A stretch of DNA of 64,000 nt, taken from Mobula hypostoma. Lineage: Eukaryota. Shown in pieces: positions 52,007 through 64,000 of the stretch. The notes below the pieces were generated by a model. The model saw only the letters and a list, made by a program, of their open reading frames with translations, searched no databases and had not been told where the DNA came from. The first letter of the stretch is position 1. Each line of letters opens with the position of its first letter. Location: positions 12,400,001 to 12,464,000 of the forward strand of contig NC_086109.1 of assembly GCF_963921235.1 (NCBI RefSeq). The letters run 5' to 3'. The translations under genes and the position numbers were made by a program.

Positions 52007-53917
52007 CTTTTTATTCACAGAGAAACAGCCAGGACCTATCTGTCCTCAGCGAGAAATAACTGAAATAAAAATGAGGAAGAAGGCAGCAGGAAGTTTGATC
52101 AAAAAAACAAGGATGACACAATTGGTGTGTGGTGTGTGACATCTGAAAGGCTGTCAGTTATATTTAGCAAGACAGGAATATTTAAGTATTTCCCAGACTG
52201 AACAAAATGGTGAGAAGAATTAAAATATTGGACACGACAGCAAGTGTTCTAATCTGAAACCACAGTAAGTGGTTCGAGGAAGCAGGGGATTAATCTGTAA
52301 TGTTGACCGCTCTGCCTCTGCAGATCCCACCTGATTCTCCAGATCTTCTATTTTTTGCTTGATTTAACATGTTAGCCGTGGTGAGTCATGTTGAATAGTT
52401 AATGGTAGAAAGGAAAAGAGCCTATGTGGAGCCGAGGAGCTGCTGGCGCCTAACGGTGACTCCTTTACTTGCATCTTCAGAAACAGCTCTATTTCTATCT
52501 TTAATACCTCTATTTTCCCCTTTCAGGGTTCTTTTGAAGACCCTGATCTGGAGTTACACGCTGACTTTGGTCCTTTGCAGAAATGCGACCTGCTCTCGGG
52601 GTCTCACGATTGGCCGCTATTTAATATTCCAAGGATGCGGCCTAGAAGATTAGCGTACCTTCAGGGTTCTGGGATTTCATGGCTCCGGAGGTGAGTGGAC
52701 TCAGGGTCAGTGCCACTGCCTGACGTGTAGTGGGATCACACGGAAGATCGAAAGCAGTGAATTGGCTGCTGCCTGTGTGCCCAGAGACCCGAGTTCTTTG
52801 GGCACAGAGCTCAAAAAAAGTGACGCAACAGACTTTTAACATCGTAAATCAGCGAGTTGTTTGTTATGTCTCCCCTCTCGCTGTGAAATGGGGACACCTC
52901 TTTTTCCCTTATTAGGGAGAGAGAGAGAGAGAGAGAGAGAGCCTTTGGTATGTCGAATTACTGATTGAATGAGTAGTCTTTGGGGTACTGCAAGCCTCTG
53001 TTCTTATGGATACTTTGCTGCACAGTTGAGTGCTCGGTGGGGGACGCCGATGATTTTTTTTGCTGGTGGGTGGGGGGTTGTTGCTTTGCTGCTGCTTATG
53101 CATGGGTGGGGGGTGCTGCGGGGGGGGGTGCTGTGGGTTTCCAATATTTAGCTGTCATTCATTCTTAGGGGCACTCCACTGTTTTTGTGGATGTTTGCGA
53201 AGAAAAAGAGTTTCAGGATGTATATTATACACATTTCTCTGACATTAAATGTACCTTTGCAACCTTTGAGTGTAGTTGTGAGTGTGAGTAGAAAGTTACG
53301 TCACCCCTAGCCCAACCAACAGGAGCATTTGATGGTTCTGAGTCTGTACTCACTGGAGATTTGAAGGACCAGGTGGAGATCTTATTGAAACCTATTAAAT
53401 ATTGAAAGACTTAGATGTGTATGTGCAGAGGATGTTTCCTGTAGTAGGGGAGTCTACAACCAGTGGGCACAGCCTCAGAACACAAGGATATTCCTTTAGA
53501 ACAGAGTTGAGGAGGAATTTCTTCAGACATAGGGTGGCGAATCCATGAATTCACTACCACAGATGGCTGTGGAGACCAAGTCATTGGATATATTTAAAAT
53601 GGAGGTTGATCGGTTCTTGATTATTGAAGGTGTCAAAGGTTATGGGGAGAAGGCAGGTGAATGGGGTTGAGAGGGTCTAATTTTGCACCTATGCCTTTTG
53701 GTCTTATGGTCCTCTAATACAGGCACCAATCTGGTGAATCTCTTCCACAACATGAATTCTTGAATGCTCAATGCTTGTCCTCTTTACCATCCCTCTCCGT
53801 TCCAAATCTCGGGGAGTTTAGGACTTGCACTCCAAGACCCGTACATCATTCTGGACCTTCCTTGGTGATAATTCAGTCAAATACGAGACACGAGAAAGAC
53901 ATGACATGAGACTTTTA

Positions 53918-54668
53918 GTCATTGTCATAGTCATACTTTATTGATCCGGGGGAAATTGGTTTTTGTTACAGTTGCTCCATAAATAATAATAGAACCATAA
54001 ATAGTTAAATAGTAATATGTAAATTATGCCAGTAAATTATGAAATAAGTCCAGGACCAGCCTATTGGCTCAGGGTGTCTGACCCTCCAAGGGAGGAGTTG
54101 TAAAGTTTGATGGCCACAGGCAGGAATGACTTCCTATGACGCTCTGTGTTGCATCTCGGTGGAATGAGTCTCTGGCTGAATGTACTCCTGTGCCCACCCA
54201 GTACATTATGTAGTGGATGGGAGACATTGACCAAGATGGGATGCAACTTAGACAGCATCCTCTTTTCAGACACCACCGTGAGAGAGTCCAGTTCCATCCC
54301 AACAACATCACTGGCCTTACAAATGAGTTTGTTGATTCTGTTGCTGTCTGCCACCCTCAGCCTGCTGCCCCAGCACACAAAAGCAAACATGATAGCACTG
54401 GCCACCACAGACTCGTAGAACATCCTCAGCATCATCCGGCAGATGTTAAAGGACCTCAGTCTTCACAGGAAATAGAGACGGTTCTGACTCTTCTTGTAGA
54501 CAGCCTCAGTGTTCTTTGACCAGTCCAGTTTATTGTCAATTCGTATACCCAGGTATTTGTAAACCTCCACCATGTCCACACTGACCCCCCTGGATGGAAA
54601 CAGGGATCACCGGTACCTTAGCTCTCCTCAGGTCTACCACCAGCTCCTTAGGCTTTTTCACATTAAGC
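53918..54668 (-). mobile_element. Rex1/Babar-like LINE 3' fragment
   Basis: MFYESVVASAIMFA.VCWG..RINKLI.KA..SFLPVAIKLYN. Confidence 0.85.
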
Positions 54669-56007
54669 TGGAAGGTCTTGGCCTGAAAAGTCAACTGTTT
54701 ACTCTATTCCATAGATTCTGCCTGGTCTAATAAGTTCTTCTAGCTTTTGTGTGCGTGTTGTGATATTTCCATCAAACCTGTTTCTGGGAACTTGCTACTG
54801 AGGAGGGAGCAAAGTAGGAGGTAAGTGTAGAGGCTTTTCATGCAAACTCAGCATACATGCTTGGCCTCATTCCATCTCTCTGAAGGCTGATTCCGCTCTT
54901 TGAAGGAACCTTGAAAGCTCACCTCTTCTGAGAATTATTCCACTGTTGAGGCAATTTCAAGAGCTTTGACGGGATTTCACTTTGCTTCAGTTAGATGCCA
55001 GGGGAAAAGCTACTGAATGGGATTACACAGTCACGATGGGTAAAATCCATGTCAGGTGTGTTCTGAAACAATCAACATTTTGACAGGAAATGGTCTATGT
55101 GAGTAGACAACCCCAGCTATTTCTATTTCTCAATGAATCATAGGGTACAGTAAATGAACAGTTCACACTTGTCCAAGGTGAAGACATTTCTATCTGACCT
55201 ATCTCACCCCCACGGTTGCTCTGACCCTTGACCATACCTTAGCTCATCTTCCCCATTGCTAGTTTCCCAATATACCTGTGATCGTGGTTAGATCTTGCAA
55301 AGTTAGTCGAAGTCTGATTCATGCTGTGTAATTCCCTGGGGTAGATGAGGTCTGAGGAGAGCTTCAGTACAAGGGATAACAATTCTTACGTGTCACACGT
55401 ATTGGAGAAGTAACACAGAATCAGGTCTCTATCATCGACATACTGTATGAGATTTGAATTAGCTTCAGGGCTCCAAAACCTCAACTATCTATTAATTTCC
55501 GTAGAAGCTGCCCAACCTGCTGAGTTTCTCCAGCATTTTGTGTGTGTTGTTTTGATTTCATTGTAGTGCGAGGGTTGAGGTGATCCAAGAATGTGGCTGA
55601 TTTATATTGTCCTGGATTTTAGTTGCTGACTTTGCAATTGTTTATAAGCACTTAATTTCACATTGTATATAAATACAAATGTAGGTAAATGATAAAATAA
55701 TTCAGTATACACAGAGAGCTTTTGTTACTTTGGGTTTGTTAAATTTGTTTTAGGGGAAAACAGTGCAGTATATTAGCCGTGAATGTACATCTGCTAAAAT
55801 TTTGTACATTGTGTAGTATAAGTGTTGTATCTATTGCATCAATCATTGCTGGCTTCCGTGTAAAGTTCACCCTCAGCGAAGGATGTGGTTTGAACTTCTC
55901 TTTTCTTGTTTTACTAAACAGAATATAGAGAAGTACCAATGGATGCTACACATTGACCTATTGTTCTAATCTCTTCCTACATTGCCCAATGCTTCTTGGA
56001 AAACTTC

Positions 56008-56117
56008 TCAATAACCATGGTGCAATATGCTGATGAGAACAAGTACAGAGATGCAAAACATCTTCAGCAAAACCTTTTTTGTTTCACCAACCAGATCGCT
56101 GAACGTCAATAACAATT
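56008..56117 (-). CDS. Lys-type TM/short-tail exon of upstream gene D (ELLLTFSDLVGETKKVLLKMFCISVLVLISILHHGY*)
   Basis: cttttcacttttcttcacag acceptor, phase 1, open 36 codons; stop at the same position in two paralogs. Confidence 0.6.
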
Positions 56118-57244
56118 CTGTGAAGAAAAGTGAAAAGGGCATTTAACCATTGCGTTTAAACCTGATCCCAATCCTGTGTGTGCCTGTAAATATAAAAGTG
56201 GGATTGTAAAACATTTTCCATTCGGTTATTGAGTAGCTATCTAAGAAGTGAGGCTTGTATAAGGCATTAGTCCGACTACAGTTGGAATATGGCGAACAAT
56301 TTTAGGCCTCTTATGTATTAAAGGATGTACTGTAATTGGAGAGGGTCCCAGGAATGAAAGGGTTAATGTATGAAGAGTGTTTGATGTGTGGGCCTGAACT
56401 CACTGGAGTTTAGAAGAATGAGGGGACTTATCATTGAAACCTCTTCAATAGTGAAGGGCTTAGAAACTAAATGGTGTGCATGTGGAGAGGATGTTTCCTA
56501 CAGCGCAGGAGTTCCGGACCGGTAGGCACAGCCTCAGAATGCAGGGACATTCTTTTAGAACAGAGTTGAAGAGGAATTTCTTTAGCCAGAGGGTAGTGAA
56601 TCATAGAATTCTTTGCTACAGATGACTGTGGAGGCCAAATCATTGGGTATATTTAAAACAGAGTTTGATAGGTTTTTGATCAGTAAGGGTGTCAAACATT
56701 ACGAGGCAAATGTGGTTGAGGAGGATAATAAATCAGCCATTAGAGAATAGTGGGGCAGAATGAATGGGCTGAATGGCCTAATTCTGTTTCTGTGTCTTTT
56801 TGTACTATGGTCTTCTGGTCTTAAGTGATGGAATAATGCAGGAAGAGGATGGAACAATTTGTTTACATGAGGCATTCATTTTTTCTTCCCTAAATTATGT
56901 TTTCTACGAAAAGAGAACACACGTTCCAGTCATATCCTTTGGGAATTGCTTTGGGATGTCCTCAGAAAGGGAAAGGGTCCCTTTCTGAATTAGAAGCAGG
57001 TTTATTTTCACTCTCTTCTGAGGTAAAATTTTCTGTTTTGTGGCAGAAATATCACAAGGCAAGTTCTTTCCCTCAGACCATTAACGAGCTCAGATTTAAC
57101 AGGTCCAGATTCACAAGTGGGATCTGGAATTATGTGCAGCTAATCAACACCCATCAGATAACCCTGAGCTGAAGGGGTCAAGAGTTCCAAACAGACTCTG
57201 GTGTTACTGCTTCACATCCTCACAGAGCAGGTGAAGATTATCAT

Positions 57245-59410
57245 GCCATATTCTATAAGACCATAAGATATAGGAACAGAATTAGGCTATTTGGCCTATT
57301 GAAACTGCTCTGTTATTTCATCATGTCTGATCCCAATTTTCCTCTCAGCCCCAATCTCCTGCCTTCTCCCTGTATCCCTTCATGCCCTGAACAATCAAAA
57401 ATCTATCAACCTCTGCCTTAAATATAAAGACTTGGCCGCCACAGATTCACCAACCTCTGTCAAAGGATATTCCTCCTCACCTACTTTCTGAGGCTGTGCC
57501 CTTTAGTCTATGACTCTCTCACCATAGGAAATATCCTCTTCACATCTACTTTATCGAGGTCTTTCACTATTCAATAGCTTTCAATTAGGTCATTCCTCAT
57601 TCTTCTGAATTCTAATGAATACAGGTCCAGAGCCATCAGATACTCTTCATATGACAACCCATTCAATCCTGGAATCGTTTTTGTGAACCTGCTTTGAACC
57701 CACTCCAGTTTCAGCACATCCTTTCTAAGATAAGGTGCCCAAACCTGCTCACGATACTCCAAGTGAGGCCTCATCAGTGCTTTATAAATTTTCAACATTA
57801 CATCCTTGCTTTTAAGTTCTAATCCTCTTGATATGAACGCTAACATTGAATTTGCCCCCTCCACCACGACTCAACCTACAAATTAATCTTTAAGGAATCC
57901 TGAACAAGGACTCCCAAGTCCCTTTGTGTCTCAGATTTTTGTATTTTCTCTCCACTTAGAAAATAGTCAACCTTTTCATTTCTTCTACCAAAGTGCATGA
58001 CCATACACTCCCCAGCACATTATTCCATCTGCCATTTCTTCACCCATTCACTGAATCTGTTTAAGTCCTTTAGCCTTTCTACTCCCTCAACACTACCTGA
58101 TCCTCTAGCTATCTTCACACCATCTGCGAACTTTGTGACAAAGCCATCAATTCCACCATCCAAATCATTGACATATGACGTAAGAAGAATCCCAACACAG
58201 AACCTTGTGGAACACCACTAGTCACCAGCAGCCAGCCAGAAAAGGCTCACATTTCCCACTCTTCGCTTTCTGCGAATCACTACTTTATCCATGTGAGATT
58301 TTTATCATAACACCATGGGCTCATAGCTTGTTAAGCACCCTCATGTGTGGCACTTGTCAAAGATCTTCTGAAAATACAAGTACACAGCATTAACCCACTC
58401 TCCTTTGTCTATTCTGCTTGTTATATCTTCAAAGAATTCCAACAGATTTGTCAGGCAAGATTTTTCCTTGAGGAAACCGTGCTGACTATTCCCTGCTTTT
58501 ACATGTGCCTCCAAGTACCCTGAGACCTCATCCTTAATAATTGGCTCCAACATCTTCCCAACCACTGAAGTCAGACTAACTGGCTGACAGTTTCTTTTCT
58601 TCTCCTCTCTTCCTTCTTGAAGAGTGGAGTGACATTTGCAACTTTCCAGTCTTCCGGAACCATTGCAGAATCTAGTGATTCTTGAAAGATCATTACTAAT
58701 GCCTCCATGATGTCTTCAGACACCTCTTTAAGAACCCTGGGTTGTATACCATCTGGTCCAGGTGACTTATCTGTCTTCAGACCTTTCACTTTCTCAAGAA
58801 CTTTCCCTCTAGTTATGTTAACTTCATACTCTCTGACACCTGGAACTTCCAGTATACTTCCAGTGTCTTCTACAGTGAAGACTGATACAAAATACTTATT
58901 CAGTTCATCTGCTATTTCTATGTCCCCTATTTCTACCTCTCCAGCATTATTTTCCAGCATTCCTATATCTACTCTCGCATCTCTTTTACACTTTATGTAT
59001 CTGTAGAAAGTTTTAGTGTCCTCGTTAATATTATTGACTAGCTTACTTTCGTGTTCCATCTTTACCTTTTTAATGACTTCTTTAGTAGCCTTCTGTTGGT
59101 TTTTAAAAGCTTACCTATCTTCCAACTTCCCACTGATCTTTGCTCTATTATATACCCTGTCTTGAGGTTTTATGTTGGCTTTGACTTCTCTTGTTAGTCA
59201 TGCTTGTGTCTTCTTTCCTTTAGAATACCTCTTCTTTTTTGGTATGTAAATATACTGTACCATGTGAGTTGCTTCTAGAAATTTCAGCCATTGCTGCTCT
59301 ACCGTCATACCTGCCAATATCTTTTCCAATCAATTCTGGCCAATTCCTCTTTCATACCTCTGTAATTCCATTTACTCCACTATAAAGCTGATACATCTGA
59401 CTTTAAGTAC
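57245..59410 (-). mobile_element. CR1 LINE ORF2 fragment
   Basis: ORFs 57571-57867, 58341-58565, 58571-59059; accataag-type tail. Confidence 0.9.
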
Positions 59411-60145
59411 CCGTCTGTCAATGAGGCATTTCAAAGTTCAAAGTTCAAATTAAATTGATATTCAAAGTGCAGTAAGTCACCATAGACTACCCTGATTATA
59501 ATGATAATAATGCAGTTCACCTTCTCTCATTTTCAAGACCCTTTATTGTCCATTCATGGGTTACAGTCACAGATCAGTACTGAGAAAAGTTACACCTTGT
59601 ATTTGCAGATTCATGTCCTGATGACCGATGCAAGTTGCAGTAATTTGCAGCACACTCATCTTGTTCAGCACCCAGCTTTTATTTCCATTCCTTGTTCTCC
59701 TTTAAGACCTCTGTACTGTGACTGGAAATGTTCATGCCGTGTCTCTTTCTCTCTTCCCTCCTACAAAGTATGTTACGAAAGGTCAGTAATCACACTCTTG
59801 TTAGTCATGGTTGTGCCATCTTTCCTTTAGAATACTTCTTCATTTTATTTTAATGTAGGTAGCCTGTGCCTAAATAGTCTTTTATCTGACACATCATTCC
59901 TCCCACCAGATCTGCTTCCTAAACTGTCACTCTTCCACTTTTAACCCAGATCTGAGGAGGGGTCCCTGACCTGAAACGGAGGTCAATGAACGGTCCCTGT
60001 TATAGTTTGTAGTTCAAAACAATAAATGAATTCAAAGGAAAACAAGAGAGCTGAGAAATGTGAATCTTATTTTGTATTTTTACTTTAAGTGATAGTATTA
60101 TGACATATGCAATTCAATTCTTTGCTTATAAACTGCAATGAATTG

Positions 60146-61397
60146 CAGGTCGACCTTCACTAATCCAGCACCATTGGGACCTGAGGAGTGCCGGATTAGT
60201 GAAAATGCCGAATTACAGAAGGATCACATTAAGCAATAGCTAACTGCCTCATTATACCTTTAAAATATCATGTAAATCAGTACAAGTTAGATAATGAAAC
60301 AGAAATATTAAATGAGTAGCAAGTGAAATTTTAATAAAGTAATACTGTACATGCACAGTTAAAATAAAGGGTACAGGTAAATGTACAGGAATTAACTTAT
60401 ACAGAGAAGTTGAGCACTTCCACTTCTAAAGTCAGACGTTTAATATACCTTCAGGCAAAGTTACATGTCTGCAAGTGTGGGGTTGTCAGGATCATCAGCA
60501 TTTTGTTAGCATGGTAAATTACAGGAAATTGCCTTATACCCTGTTGGTGATTCTGCATCTACTGTTGCTAGTGTTCTTCTTGGTGTACATCTCCAATACA
60601 GAGCAGTCTCATCGGCATTATACCCCTGCTCGGGGCTTAATTTTTCATCGGAGAGCAACTTGGCGAACTCGTCAACAAACTCCGCTGCTGCTTTCTTGTC
60701 ACCACACACTGCACAAAACTGTAAGCCCTTTCCTGCTTGAACTGATGAAGCCAGCCTTCACTATAGTTACACTCATAATCTAGTCCTAGTTCTTCATGAA
60801 ACAGTTTTGCTTGTTCCATCACCATATCTTCAGATAGTTCAACACCTTCACTTACACAAAGATTAAACCACATTATCAGCACTTTATCTAGTTCCAAACT
60901 TCTTCTGTCTTTCATTGTTTTTCTTACGCACCTCTGTTTCTTTGAGCCACTATCAGCAAAAATATGTAGCAGTTTTTCTTTCTGTTTCTTTATATTGTAC
61001 ACTGTGGAAGAACCAATGTTGAAACACTCGCACAAGCTTTTCACCGATACATCGCAGTCCAGTTTTTTCAAGAGTTCAATCTTACCTTTAAATGATAATG
61101 TGCGGTGTTTTCACTTCACAGCATGAGGTGCATTTCCTTTATTTATTGGGGACATAATTGGGGCTAGAAAAGGGCCAATGATATTAATAAAAGCAGGAAA
61201 ACAAGCAGGAATCACCTGTCTCTGCTTACAAGAGCGCGCCAACACGTGAAAGGTTCTGGCGCAACCACAACAATGCGCATCAGATTGGTACGGTGGCCCG
61301 GGAAATTTGAAATTACAGTTGCACGGAAAATTTGAAATCAGTACTGGATTATCAAAGGAACCGGATTACAGGTAGTTGGATTAGTGAAGATCGACTG
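60146..61397 (-). mobile_element. Tigger/pogo-like transposon, internally deleted (CENP-B HTH plus start of DDE)
   Basis: TIR cag(g)tcgaccttcactaatcc / ggattagtgaagatcgactg; IGSSTVYNIKK, SEGWL..FK, YNADETALYW. Confidence 0.9.
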
Positions 61398-61546
61398 TAT
61401 TTAAACAAACAAGCGTGCTTACTCAAACAATATTTACAATATTATTCAAATATTACTGAAATATTAAATACACAACACTCCTTCCTGCTTAGCTGTAAAC
61501 TTCAACTCAATATAGAATGCATCTCAACTATATACATAGTATACTA

Positions 61547-63009
<1,463 letters not shown>

Positions 63010-63259
63010 TATATCATACAACTAATATATGCAGACATCCACAGCATGGTAAATTTTAAAATTGTCCCATTCAGGCCTCAAGATTTAATCACTGTGGAGG
63101 ATTTCATGCTCTTGTGGGGTAACACCTTGACTGACAAGGGGGATCACTCTGCTTGGCAGGTAAGATGTGGCTGAGAAACTATCTCAGGTTCTGGGGCCTC
63201 CTGTGTGGCGGCTGTAGGAGCTGATGCTAAGACTGCAGGAAGTGGTTCTGACAGCTCTG

Positions 63260-63830
63260 GGCACTTCGCTTCTCCTTCCCCTTTCTTTCTCTTGTTTATG
63301 CATTTTGGTCTTGGGAAGATGCAGTTGGTTAATTGGAGTATTCTCTTATTAATCCTTCTAGTTCTCCCTTTATGATCTGATCTCTCCTCTTGGTTTCCTC
63401 ATCCACATCATCATCTGACGAAACGTCTGCTCTTGACTTCTCATTGACTCCTTTCCTTTCGACTTTCCATTAATCCAGCTGAGCTTTGGTCTTTACTTCT
63501 ATTTTTACGACGCTTTTTGTCTTCCACTTGAAATTCATGTAATAAGCATAATGCATACAGAGTAGGTTCTGGTTCTTTATACTCACAAAAGCAGAATACT
63601 TGCAACTTTCCTGAAGCTCCTTGAATTCTCTTACAGCTTAAGACCTAGACGTATTTCACACATAACTGACTGACTAACATGCCAGAAGCTTTCTTTTGAA
63701 ATATTTCCCACAAAAACTGTTGTAAATGGACCAGTGTTTTCGTGACTTTCACACTTCCTCTGATCAGCATGCTCCTTCCTTGGTCCAATATGCTTTCCAA
63801 CCAGAAGTACAGATATTGGCAGCAACACCT
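63260..63830 (-). pseudogene. RBM25: Processed pseudogene fragment of RBM25 (RRM region)
   Basis: Intronless, with stops and frameshifts: VGKHIGPRKEH..TTVFVGNISK, KRIQGASGKLQ.F.FCEYKEPE.TL.AL.LLH, KTKAQLD, DEETKRRDQ.IKG. Confidence 0.9.
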
Positions 63831-64000
63831 CTTAGTCCTCTTTTGGGCAATGGTTCATGTTGTTTGTCATGGAGACCATTGTGGCATCATCCAGTACCTT
63901 TCTCAATGTGTTTTCAGTTGGCTTCATCACAGGGGATATGGCGTGCAAATTATTTTACGGGTCTCCAATCAAGTAGAAGTTGTCTCAGCCAAGGATGTCT

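Overview
Repeat-rich vertebrate genomic DNA, most likely a cartilaginous fish (inferred from CR1/Rex1/V-SINE content and receptor type). The main non-repeat content is a minus-strand tandem cluster of CD300/pIgR/TREM-like Ig receptor genes resembling skate modular domain immune-type receptors (MDIR). It has three 37-nt leader exons (6.1, 34.3, 52.0 kb), three V-set exons (16.0, 31.5, 47.4 kb), one C2 exon (14.6 kb), an Arg-type TM exon (41.3 kb), three copies of a Lys-type TM/short-tail exon (20-21, 24.4, 56.1 kb) and an ITIM-bearing exon (11.8 kb). No complete, clean gene could be assembled: each copy has a different lesion, often involving transposons. Two genes share a V exon and flanking introns but have different 3' modules, and the switch point lies in CR1 remnants. 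Also present: a Sleeping Beauty-like Tc1 element, a hAT element with 8-bp TSD, a Tigger-like element, three solo LTRs, many LINE/SINE fragments and a decayed RBM25 retrocopy. All exon calls were read by hand; none has transcript support here.
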